Shown: positions 19,692-29,205 of the stretch, one piece after another
How the letters are laid out: every line of letters begins with the position of its first letter
Numbering within the stretch: the first letter of the stretch is position 1
NCBI GenBank assembly: GCA_048938105.1
Contig: JBHLMN010000028.1
Location: 1 to 62,941 of the forward strand
Direction of reading: 5' to 3'
Source: Promethearchaeota archaeon
GTDB lineage: Archaea > Asgardarchaeota > Heimdallarchaeia > Hodarchaeales > Hodarchaeaceae
Length of the DNA stretch: 62,941 nucleotides
Position numbers and translations under genes: made by a program
The notes under the pieces: model-generated
What the model was told of the DNA's origin: nothing
Database searches by the model: none
Seen by the model: the letters and a program-made list of their open reading frames with translations, nothing else

Positions 19692-20099
19692 TTGGTGAAA
19701 AAAGTGAAAAATAGAATTATTTCAGTTGTTCTTTTCGAATTTCTTTTCATTTTACTAGTTGTTGGAGCCGTTATCACACCAATCAACCCAAAAACTGTAA
19801 CGACTCTGTGGTCATGGAACATTGAAACAGTGGACACTGCAGAGAATGTTGGACGATATACTTCGCTGGTTCTTGATGGGAATGACTACCCACACATCAG
19901 CTACTATGATTACACGAATGGTGATTTGAAACACGCTTATGCTAGTGAACCAACGATTACAACCACTTCGGCAGCAACCATATTAACGACAACCCCTAGC
20001 TTCACATCAACAACCACCACCACTACACCTGGTTGGAATGGTATGCTTTTCCTTCTCTCAGTATCAATCATGATTCCACTTAAACGACGTAATACCTGA
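19692..20099 (+). CDS. Small secreted protein: one propeller-type repeat, Thr stalk and C-terminal anchor
   Basis: Signal peptide, GRYTSLVLDGNDYPHISYYD..GDLKHA, then TTTTTTPGWNG-TM-KRR. Confidence 0.7.
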   Translation: MVKKVKNRIISVVLFEFLFILLVVGAVITPINPKTVTTLWSWNIETVDTAENVGRYTSLVLDGNDYPHISYYDYTNGDLKHAYASEPTITTTSAATILTTTPSFTSTTTTTTPGWNGMLFLLSVSIMIPLKRRNT

Positions 20100-20287
20100 T
20101 GTTGTTTGGTAAAATTCGATAGACAAGGAGGTATTCACTCTGGAGATACTGAAACGGCGGGGGAGGAAAAGAAACAAAACGGTAGGGGCTTTTAATGTAT
20201 GAATAATAAAGCTTTATCAATTATCATTGAACCCTATTACCTCCGATATGATGAAGTCTATAAAGTAATTCCAATCCAGTCTTTATT

Positions 20288-21301
20288 GTGTCTTATCTCA
20301 AACAACTCAGACAAAGGTTAACAAAATCAAGATCTTTGGATGAGAAATCCGAACAGGATGAGTCTATACCTCAAGAAGAAGATAACGACGCGCCATCAAA
20401 GCCTATCAAGCCTATAAGAGGATGGAAACGATTACTAGCAGCTTTTAGGATATTTTTTCCACTCGGGATGTATCAACGAGGACTGAAATGGCACTTGGGC
20501 AATTCTTCACCTCCTTTGATTAATGAAATAAATAAAAATGATCAAAACATCGAAAATGGGAAAATAATTCATATTCAGGAAAAATCTTTCCAATCTCGTT
20601 TTGGTTACTTTACTTCTCGCGCAATTCTACAAAGTATTGGTTTATCGATCATCTTTACTGCCCCTATATCTCTTCCATGGATTTTTAATGTCGTTATTCC
20701 ATTTTCAATTGATTTATTGCCGTTTGGGCTTTCCGAAATCATTCGAGATATTATTAATAGAATTTTAACATTTCTTTCACCATTTCGTGTGGTTGTTGAC
20801 GTTATTATGGCACTCTCTAATGTTTTTGGGACAGCTAATCCAATCTTTTTTTATGGTTCGACCTTATGGTTTCTTACTATGATTGGCCTTACTGATATTG
20901 AGGTTTTTGACGCATTTGAAAACACAAATAACCATGGAACAGGCACAATGATTGAGCTCTTGGGTAACCATTACCAATCAAAATTCACATTACTCCAAGA
21001 ATACATTGCCCCATTACTTATTTTAATAGCAGGTTCGATTTCTTTTTTCCTAGTAATTCGACGTGCTAAGTCAATAATCTTTGAAGTTCAAACAGAGAAA
21101 CAACAAAAGAAAAACATTGAGAAATTAAAGAGGATTTTTATTGGTTATTATCTTGATGATGGATACAATCAAATAGATTACACCGAGAATCGTATCACTT
21201 CATCACCAAAATTAATGTGGCTAGCTCGAATCATTAAATATGGACCGATTGTATCAGTTGTTTTACCTATTAGTTTAGCTATTATTTTTGTTATCTTATA
21301 G
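20288..21301 (+). CDS. Membrane protein of unknown function
   Basis: 337-aa ORF with several TM segments. Confidence 0.65.
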   Translation: MSYLKQLRQRLTKSRSLDEKSEQDESIPQEEDNDAPSKPIKPIRGWKRLLAAFRIFFPLGMYQRGLKWHLGNSSPPLINEINKNDQNIENGKIIHIQEKSFQSRFGYFTSRAILQSIGLSIIFTAPISLPWIFNVVIPFSIDLLPFGLSEIIRDIINRILTFLSPFRVVVDVIMALSNVFGTANPIFFYGSTLWFLTMIGLTDIEVFDAFENTNNHGTGTMIELLGNHYQSKFTLLQEYIAPLLILIAGSISFFLVIRRAKSIIFEVQTEKQQKKNIEKLKRIFIGYYLDDGYNQIDYTENRITSSPKLMWLARIIKYGPIVSVVLPISLAIIFVIL

Positions 21302-21370
21302 CTGACAGCGAGATTATACTGTATGTAAACCAACGAGTAGGAATATATTGAAAATAAAATTTAATGACTT

Positions 21371-21997
21371 CTATGCTAAATGGATCTTAAATTCACACTC
21401 TGCTCCCCCAGAAATACAAGAACATTCCATTTCGACTTTTACATCTTGGTTAAAGTGCTGTGCTATCTCCTTCCAATGTTCTGTTATTAATCCTTTTGCA
21501 CAGTGGCACCAAGAACTTGATACTGTTTCTTCTGGTTTAAGACCTCGCCATATTAAACACCAACACTTCATTCCATACTTCCATTTTGGAGGATTGTATT
21601 TAAGAGTCACAACCTTCCCATCTAAAAAGAGAGTATCTCCATAAGATTTACTATCTTTTATAAAATCGCCAATGTTCTCATATCGATTGATTCTCTGGAA
21701 ATCAGATTTATAAGGATCAGTATGCTTGTTCATCTCAAAACATAGCTTCCCATTATCTTCCATAATTTGAATTTTTGTACTTTCATGTACTTTTTCATCG
21801 ATTCGGTCAATTACTGATCTAAACCAAAGAGAAAAAAGGCGTTGTGATGAAAAACCTTCCTCAACACCCTGAAATATATAATCTATATCTTCTTCCTCTA
21901 AATATTGCGTAAGACTTTCTTTTATTAGTTTAATAGGGGTCTCGGGATCTTTAAGTTTTCCAGTTTTTTTGTTAATAACAAACCAATCTTTTACTAT
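21371..21997 (-). CDS. DUF6144-like Cys-containing protein (V4R-like C-terminus), probably with an ATA start
   Basis: CWC..WCHCAKG..SCISGGAECEF. The frame stays open 79 codons upstream of ATG 21763, up to ATA codons behind a GAGGTG SD. Confidence 0.65.
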   Translation of the reverse strand: MVKDWFVINKKTGKLKDPETPIKLIKESLTQYLEEEDIDYIFQGVEEGFSSQRLFSLWFRSVIDRIDEKVHESTKIQIMEDNGKLCFEMNKHTDPYKSDFQRINRYENIGDFIKDSKSYGDTLFLDGKVVTLKYNPPKWKYGMKCWCLIWRGLKPEETVSSSWCHCAKGLITEHWKEIAQHFNQDVKVEMECSCISGGAECEFKIHLA

Positions 21998-22427
21998 TAT
22001 TCACACCTCATCTACGTAATCAAAACATTTCATTTATGATTTTCTAAAGGTCGTAAAATCCAGGTTTGACGACTTTTCATTACTTTGCTAAATATTTCCT
22101 CTAATTTTGCATGATAAAAATCTCATGACAAGTCTCATGGTCTTTAGCTATCATCTTAGCTTTAAAACATAAAGTGATTAATCTATGTTTTATTCACTTT
22201 TCAGTATTAGAATATCTTGTCCTTGAAGAGAAAATAAAACCTATTTTCAAATCTTATGGATCTTTTTTTTAAAGAATCAGAAAATTATGTTCGAAATAAA
22301 AATGGGATAAAAAACGGAAATGTGAAACTATGTTTATTCAAAGTCCAACATATTGACATAAATGACAGAAAGTAAGAAAAGACCATTATTTTTTAATAAA
22401 TTTCTTAGTTACTTGGTGAATAAGTTT

Positions 22428-23132
22428 ATGAAAGTTGTCGCAGTTAATAGTAGTCCTCGGAAAAATAAAGGATTGACCGCTAATATCTTAAAACCATTCC
22501 TTGAAGGTATTCGTGAAAGTAAAGCAGACTTAGATCTATTTTATACTAAAGATCTTACAATCAATTTCTGCCGTTCTTGCTATCAATGTTGGACCACAAC
22601 CCCAGGTAAATGTGCGCAGAAGGATGATATGGATATACTCCTTCCCAAGTTTTGGGATGCAGACATATGGATATTTGCTTCTCCAATCTATTGTGATGCA
22701 ATAAATGGATCAATGAAAACAGTTATAGATCGCTTGATTGCGTTAATGAAACCTCTTACTGAGTTACGTGCTGGCCGTTGTCGCCATCCGCTAAGAGAAG
22801 ATGTGAAACAAGGAAAAGTAATTTTTGTTTCGAGTGCTGCTTGGTGGAAGATGGAGAATTTTGACCCAATGATTACTTATTTTAAAGCATTTTGTAATAA
22901 CTTTAACAGGGAGTTTGCTGGCGCATTACTTAGGCCTCATTCAGTTGCATTAGTACCATTGCGTAAAGAGAGTGTCATTGATGAAATAAATACTGCTGCA
23001 AAAAAAGCAGGAAATCAACTTATTACGCAAGGAAAAATATCTCAAAATTACCTTTCAACGATAAGCCAAGAATTAATGCCTCAAGACGTTTATATAGACT
23101 TTCTTAACAAAGGTTGGGAAACAAAATCATAG
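22428..23132 (+). CDS. Iron-sulfur flavoprotein / NADPH-dependent FMN reductase family protein
   Basis: MKVVAVNSSPRK, CRSCYQC..C, DDM, FASPIY. Confidence 0.88.
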   Translation: MKVVAVNSSPRKNKGLTANILKPFLEGIRESKADLDLFYTKDLTINFCRSCYQCWTTTPGKCAQKDDMDILLPKFWDADIWIFASPIYCDAINGSMKTVIDRLIALMKPLTELRAGRCRHPLREDVKQGKVIFVSSAAWWKMENFDPMITYFKAFCNNFNREFAGALLRPHSVALVPLRKESVIDEINTAAKKAGNQLITQGKISQNYLSTISQELMPQDVYIDFLNKGWETKS

Positions 23133-23233
23133 AGTAACAGTTGATGGGATATTTTTAAGCAATATTTTAAGAAAAAGGCAAACGAAAAAGTCTGGAGTAT
23201 TAGAAAAAGATCATAAAATAACAAGAACTTCAG

Positions 23234-24319
23234 GTGAAACGAATGACGAAAAATGTTAAGGTCATAGAAGGTTGGACAGGGCCTGGAAGACAGGATAGGC
23301 AAATTACCCCACTAGCATTATCGGAGGATGGATTGCACATTGATATGAAGAAGTGGGGTGTCTACGAGTGGTGGTATTTTGATGCACATTTGGATAATGA
23401 CCATACATTAGTTATTTTTTTTTATGCCAAAAATCCCAATCCAGGTCTACAAGGGAAGAGTGGGATTGAAATTGTACTACTCAGACCAGATGGGAATAGA
23501 GTTCAGAAGTTTGTGTCATATTCTAAATCGAATTTTAGAGCTGCGCGGGATAAACCTGAAATTACAGTTGGTAACAACACCCTCAGAGTGGAATATCAGG
23601 AATACGAATTACCCGTTTACCTGGTTGATGTCCATGAAGGGGATCTGGGATGCCATCTCACTTACAGAGCAGAAGTGAATGGCTGGAAACCTGGTACGGG
23701 TCTCTGTCAATTCGGAGATCTGGGATCCTTTGGCTGGATTGTTCCGTTCGCACGAGCGAAAGTGGAAGGAATTATAACGGATGGAGAACAGACATTTCAA
23801 GTTTCAGGGATTGGTTATCATGACCACAACTGGCTTGATTTCTCATTCCAGAAAATTATAAGATATTGGATGTGGGGTAGAATTTACTCAAAAAACTTCA
23901 CTGTTTCCTACGCATTCATTCAATGTAATAAAAAAGTAAACAACCATCAAGTCAAAGTGTTAATGCTAGCAGAAGGGCAGGAAGTTATATTGAGTACTGG
24001 AGAATTTAGCTTTGACCAAGATGATTTTTCATACGACTCGAGAGTAGAACATCAATTTCCTAAGCAAGTTACCATTAATGTACCTGAAGAAATGAAAGTT
24101 ATCCTAAAAGTTAACCGTGTTCTTGAAGCACAGGATATGTTGGATAATTTTAACTTCCTTTTTCGTTTTGTGGGAAAATATCTCCTTCGGATGCATCCTG
24201 ACTACTTCAGAATTCTCTCTGATTTTGAGTTAGAAGTGACTCAACAAGAAAAAACTGTAAAGGAAACGGGAACTACTTTACATGAAATTGTCATATTTAA
24301 TCCCATACAAGAGGTGTAA
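23234..24319 (+). CDS. AttH/CrtC-like lipocalin-fold protein
   Basis: YEWWYFDA, GIGYHDHNW, WMWGR. Confidence 0.78.
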   Translation: MKRMTKNVKVIEGWTGPGRQDRQITPLALSEDGLHIDMKKWGVYEWWYFDAHLDNDHTLVIFFYAKNPNPGLQGKSGIEIVLLRPDGNRVQKFVSYSKSNFRAARDKPEITVGNNTLRVEYQEYELPVYLVDVHEGDLGCHLTYRAEVNGWKPGTGLCQFGDLGSFGWIVPFARAKVEGIITDGEQTFQVSGIGYHDHNWLDFSFQKIIRYWMWGRIYSKNFTVSYAFIQCNKKVNNHQVKVLMLAEGQEVILSTGEFSFDQDDFSYDSRVEHQFPKQVTINVPEEMKVILKVNRVLEAQDMLDNFNFLFRFVGKYLLRMHPDYFRILSDFELEVTQQEKTVKETGTTLHEIVIFNPIQEV

Positions 24320-24321
24320 CC

Positions 24322-25578
24322 ATGAGTTTAGAGCGATTGGAAGCCCTCAGGCAGGACATGAAAAAATGCGTTCGTTGTAGCTTGTGTAAACTTATCCCTC
24401 TCCCAACCATCCAGCAGACACGGTTTATAAGTGCTTGTCCACCTGTTGATGAGTATCATTTCCATGCTTATTCAGGTGGTGGGATTAATATCATGGCTTT
24501 ATCACTCCTCGATGGACGAGTCAAAGTAGACGAAGATTTAGCTCGCATCGTTTCCGCTTGTACCACTTGTGGTATGTGTGACGTTGCCTGTAAATTTATC
24601 ATGGCAGCTGAACGACAAGAGGTTATACTTGCTCTAAAAGAGCACATTGTAAGGGCAGGGTTGGGGATCACACCAACGGAAGAAAGAACTCAAAAAAGCG
24701 TGTTTTGGGCTGATGGCTTGAATCTTAAAACTCTTTCAGAAGAAAAATCTAATGTCCTCCTTTTTGTAGGAGCTGGAGCAAATTATAATCCACAACACGC
24801 CATATCAGCGCGAAAATTAGCCCAAATACTGCAATATGCCCGTGTAAACTTTGGTATTCTTGAGGGGGAGGAACCAACAAGTGGAATTGAGGCGTACTGG
24901 ACAGGTCAACATCAAGAATTTTCTAAAACCGCACATCAAGTGACAGAGCGACTGAACAAAGCTAGAACGAAAATCATTGTCACATTAAGTGGAGAGGACC
25001 TAGGTATGCTCCGTTCCAAATACTCAAAATTTGGTTATACAATAAAAGCGAAAGTACTCCATGCTAGCGAATATCTGTGGTTTCTTATTCGAAAACATAA
25101 GCTACGCTTAACCCATCCCATTCAGCAGCATGCATCCTATCACGATCCATGTTATCTTGGGAGACAAAGTGAACCTATTCAACCTTGGAAAGGGGAGGAA
25201 CGTCAAACACACGGGGTCATGCGTTATTTCAAGCCACCAAAACCAATCAATTATGGAGTTAAGGGCGTTTTTGATGCTCCTCGTAAGGTATTACGGGCAA
25301 TTCCTGGTTTAGATTTTATTGAAATGCACCGGATACGCGAATATTCCTACTGTTGTGGAGGTGGTGGAGGTGTACCCATTGCTCATCCAAATGTTGCAAA
25401 ATCTGCAGCCCAACAGCGCATTGAAGAAGCTCGTGACGTCGGGGCAGAATTATTGGTTACCGCTTGTCAACATTGTCTACAAAACCTATCTCATTCACAG
25501 GAAGACCCAGTTCTACCAGTGGTAGATCTGGTGGATATAGTTTACGAAGCCACAGGATTGGAATCAAATGATGAATGA
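24322..25578 (+). CDS. GlpC/HdrD-like (Fe-S)-binding CCG-domain protein
   Basis: CVRCSLC..CP, CTTCGMCDVAC, YHDPCYLGR, CCGGGG, TACQHC. Confidence 0.9.
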   Translation: MSLERLEALRQDMKKCVRCSLCKLIPLPTIQQTRFISACPPVDEYHFHAYSGGGINIMALSLLDGRVKVDEDLARIVSACTTCGMCDVACKFIMAAERQEVILALKEHIVRAGLGITPTEERTQKSVFWADGLNLKTLSEEKSNVLLFVGAGANYNPQHAISARKLAQILQYARVNFGILEGEEPTSGIEAYWTGQHQEFSKTAHQVTERLNKARTKIIVTLSGEDLGMLRSKYSKFGYTIKAKVLHASEYLWFLIRKHKLRLTHPIQQHASYHDPCYLGRQSEPIQPWKGEERQTHGVMRYFKPPKPINYGVKGVFDAPRKVLRAIPGLDFIEMHRIREYSYCCGGGGGVPIAHPNVAKSAAQQRIEEARDVGAELLVTACQHCLQNLSHSQEDPVLPVVDLVDIVYEATGLESNDE

Positions 25579-28500
25579 ATCTGATCTCTTAACTCAATTG
25601 CAAAAATTGGTACCCACTGGTACACTGAGTACGAATTCTGAAAAACTGGCCCTTTCTGCCCAATTCGGACTCCATCAAGATGAATACCCCCCAATCTGCA
25701 TTTTATTACCTGGAAACTCTGCTGAACTAGGTGATATTATCCAATTTGCGAATAACCAAGATTTGAATTTGACTGTGACCTCCTCTAAGGGTATACATCG
25801 GAGAGGAGGGATCACGAATCAAAAAAGGCATATCCTAGTTGATTTATCAGATTGGAAAAAAATTGATCTAATTGATCGTCGTAATCGTGTCTGTCGAATT
25901 GAGCCTGGGGTTACATATTCAGAGCTCACAGCTGAACTTGCCCGACATGGTATGACTATCCCTATGCCTTTAGCGCCACGTAACGGAAAAAGTGTCCTAG
26001 CAGCTGTCATGGACAGAGAACCTAGTACTTGGGCAAATAAACAATGGGATAGCGCGGATCCTGTTTGTAGTATTGAATTCTTTTTTGGTACTGGAGATCG
26101 ATTTCGGACAGGAGCTGCGGGAGGCCCTGGGACTATTGAACAACAGCGTGAATCAGGGGGAGCACAAAAATACTCTGGAGGGCCTTCGCAAACAGATTTT
26201 CATCGAGTTATAATGGGTTCTCAAGGTACAATGGGTATTGTGAGCTGGATTACTCTTAGAACAGAGATATTACCTACTGTACAAGAATCATTTTTGGTTT
26301 CTGCAGAAAAATTAGACGATTTACTCCAGTATGTTTATGCTGTACAGCGAGGACTGTTAGGAGAGCAATCTTTCATTCTCAACAGGGTTGCTGCTGCTCT
26401 CGTCATGTCCGCTGAAGACGAAACAACTTTCAAGGATTTTTGTAGCTTACTACCCCCATATCTCTGCCTCCAAAACATTGCTGGTTTTGAAAGAGTACCA
26501 AAAGAACGACTAGCTTATCATAAACAGGATATCACGAATATTGCTCACGAGAATAATTTAAAACTTGAGTCATTAATCGGGAACCTCTCAGCGCGGGAAC
26601 TGTTTGATCGAGCTACTCACTCATGTGGTGAAATTGATTGGCGTGATACTCTATATGGTGGTTGTCTTTCAATTATTTTTCAATCAACATTAAACCGTGT
26701 TCTAAGTCTACTAGACGTTTTTATAAAAGTGGCAGCTAAGTTTAACGTCACTAGCTCAGATATTGGTGTATATATTCAGCCTATGGTACAAAACCATGTT
26801 TGTCATATTGAATTAATGATTCCAGTTGATACCAATTCTATAAAGCAGGTGAAAAGCCTCCAACTACTTGAACAGCAAGCAACGATCCAGCTGATGGAGT
26901 TTGGTGCATTTTTCAGTAGGCCTTATGGTACCGCATCAAACCTGGTTTGGAACCAAAATCCTACTAACACGAAATTAGTTGAAATCATTAAGAGAATTTT
27001 TGATCCAAAAAATGTATTACAACGGGGAAAATGGTTTTCTATTAAAGCTCCCAAGGGATTTTCTGTAGTCAAGGATAAAGAGAGAGAGCTCTCAGAGCTT
27101 GAAGATATTGTAGGTAAAAAATGGGTTTCTACTACCCCTTGTGTTCTCGATACTTATGCTTACTACATGAATCCTGAAACCATAAATAAGGATGGTTCTC
27201 AATGGCTTCCACGGCCAGCAGCAGTAGTTCTACCACAATCTACAGCAGAGATACAGGAAATCATGCGCTTTTGTTGCACTAGTCCCTTCATGGCTAAACC
27301 ACTTTCAACGGGATTTCATGCGGCGGCAGCAGCATCGAATGAAAAAGTGATCATTCTAGACTTAAAACGTATGAATCGTACAATCGAAATTGACATTAAG
27401 AATCAAATCGCGGTTATCGAACCATATGTCAGGGCCACTGACTTACAAACAGAAATTGTGAAACATGGATTAAATTGTCATATTGTTTCATCTGGTGCAA
27501 ATCATTCATTATTAGCTTCCCACGCCGCAGCCTGGGGTTATGGCACCTCGGGGTCAGCAACTAGTTATTCAGGTCGCAACTTACTAGGAGTAGAATGGGT
27601 TTTACCAACTGGAGAAGTACTTACGCTTGGTAGTGCAGGCTCCGGATGTGGATGGTTTTCAGCTGATGGTCCTGGCCCGTCTATGCGAGGAATCGTTCGC
27701 GGATTTCAAGGTACTTTGGGAGGATTAGGTGTATTCACTCGTTGCGCTATCAAGTTATACAAGTGGGATGGGCCCCGTGAATGGGAAATTGAAGGACAAT
27801 CGCCAAAATATGTTCTAAAGAAGATACCTCCTCGATGTGCATTGAATGCACTTGCTTTCCCCTCTCGAGCTGCCGAAAAAGATGCTGGATATAAAATGGG
27901 TGAAGCAGAACTAAATTATGGTGAGTTCCGTACCGCAATGTTTTTTGCAGCTTTAGGGTTAACTGACACAAATGAAGAATTAAAAGTAGCGCTAGAAAGT
28001 GGTATTTTCCAAAAAATTGGACAACATATTATTAGTACGGCGATTTTCTGTGCTTCAGATGCAGAATTTGAATGGAAAATGAAAGCTCTAAAAGAAATTC
28101 TACGCGAAACACGAGGGGTGATTATTCCGATGAACTTACCCCTCCGTCCAAAGCTCCTGAAGCTAAGCGGATTCTTAACAAAATTCATTCGTGACCCTCT
28201 CTTCCCACTTAGATGGTTCCCTGTACTTCAATCTTGGATTCCACGTTTACCACTATGGCAAAAGTTCAGACGTGAAAAGCAATCTACCCTTTTTTGGTTG
28301 CTATTTCGTAATGCAAACAATACTCAAGCTGCTTTTCGGCCATCACAAGGCATGGCTACCATACTTGGAGCATTTGACACTTGGGATCTAGCTCATACCC
28401 AGGCGGAGTATGTAGCAAAAATTAAGCAACCCTACATTAAACAGGGATTGATTCTTGACGATAATGGAGACATAGGTTCTGGTGGGACATTTGAAAGCGG

Positions 28501-28777
28501 ACATCTTGGATATCTTGAAGGTATCATCTTGTACGATCCCACTAATCCTAAATCAGCAATAGCTGCGCGAGAATTAGTAGAAATTGGCATTAAAGGTTCT
28601 CTTAAAAATGCCTTGGGGGTTCCAATTGCAGCTTTTGGCGTTGAAGCGAATCATAAATATGGCCCTGCCTGTAGCGATTATCACATATGGCTAACACGTA
28701 TTAAATCTGCTCTAGATCCAAATTCAGCTTCAGATCCATTCTTTTATGCAGAGATTGCACAAGATACGGAATCTTAG
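25568..28777 (+). CDS. Tandem (double) FAD-binding oxidoreductase of the VAO/GlcD family
   Basis: Two FAD_binding_4 units (IEPGV..GSQGTMGIV..FDPKNVL; IEPYV..GFQGTLGGLGV..LDPNSA). Overlaps the upstream gene. Confidence 0.85.
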   Translation: MMNESDLLTQLQKLVPTGTLSTNSEKLALSAQFGLHQDEYPPICILLPGNSAELGDIIQFANNQDLNLTVTSSKGIHRRGGITNQKRHILVDLSDWKKIDLIDRRNRVCRIEPGVTYSELTAELARHGMTIPMPLAPRNGKSVLAAVMDREPSTWANKQWDSADPVCSIEFFFGTGDRFRTGAAGGPGTIEQQRESGGAQKYSGGPSQTDFHRVIMGSQGTMGIVSWITLRTEILPTVQESFLVSAEKLDDLLQYVYAVQRGLLGEQSFILNRVAAALVMSAEDETTFKDFCSLLPPYLCLQNIAGFERVPKERLAYHKQDITNIAHENNLKLESLIGNLSARELFDRATHSCGEIDWRDTLYGGCLSIIFQSTLNRVLSLLDVFIKVAAKFNVTSSDIGVYIQPMVQNHVCHIELMIPVDTNSIKQVKSLQLLEQQATIQLMEFGAFFSRPYGTASNLVWNQNPTNTKLVEIIKRIFDPKNVLQRGKWFSIKAPKGFSVVKDKERELSELEDIVGKKWVSTTPCVLDTYAYYMNPETINKDGSQWLPRPAAVVLPQSTAEIQEIMRFCCTSPFMAKPLSTGFHAAAAASNEKVIILDLKRMNRTIEIDIKNQIAVIEPYVRATDLQTEIVKHGLNCHIVSSGANHSLLASHAAAWGYGTSGSATSYSGRNLLGVEWVLPTGEVLTLGSAGSGCGWFSADGPGPSMRGIVRGFQGTLGGLGVFTRCAIKLYKWDGPREWEIEGQSPKYVLKKIPPRCALNALAFPSRAAEKDAGYKMGEAELNYGEFRTAMFFAALGLTDTNEELKVALESGIFQKIGQHIISTAIFCASDAEFEWKMKALKEILRETRGVIIPMNLPLRPKLLKLSGFLTKFIRDPLFPLRWFPVLQSWIPRLPLWQKFRREKQSTLFWLLFRNANNTQAAFRPSQGMATILGAFDTWDLAHTQAEYVAKIKQPYIKQGLILDDNGDIGSGGTFESGHLGYLEGIILYDPTNPKSAIAARELVEIGIKGSLKNALGVPIAAFGVEANHKYGPACSDYHIWLTRIKSALDPNSASDPFFYAEIAQDTES

Positions 28778-28956
28778 AGCTAATTTTTTGACCGTCAGAC
28801 CTCTAGAATCGCAGGATAGAAGTTACAAAAACAAGCCATAGTATCAAGATCATTAACACTGAATTGAATATTCTTAGATTTCAAGACTACAGAAATTAGT
28901 TAATTTTAATGTTTATAACAACCCAATTTCTCTTCTAGTACTCTGAAGCTAAGTTA

Positions 28957-29035
28957 AGTCTCTTGGGATAATTTTACCAGTTTTTCAATCATTTTTTGTT
29001 GTTTCTTTTCAATTTGTTAAACTGAATCCCAGCGG
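28957..29035 (-). pseudogene. Degenerate, internally deleted copy of the roadblock gene
   Basis: 28961-29015 matches 31593-31647 at 48/55 nt, and 29019-29035 matches 31812-31828 at 16/17 nt. Confidence 0.75.
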
Positions 29036-29205
29036 ATTAGTTGAAATATTTGGTCAACTCATTCCTCAAGAGTTATTGTGTTGGTAAAGGAAAGAAGAAT
29101 AAAGAACTCTGGACACACTAAAACATAGGAAAGATTATAAAGAAGTATATCTAAAGAATCCTCATCTACAAACCTGGGAAGGTAAATGAGACCTAGGAAA
29201 TTAAA

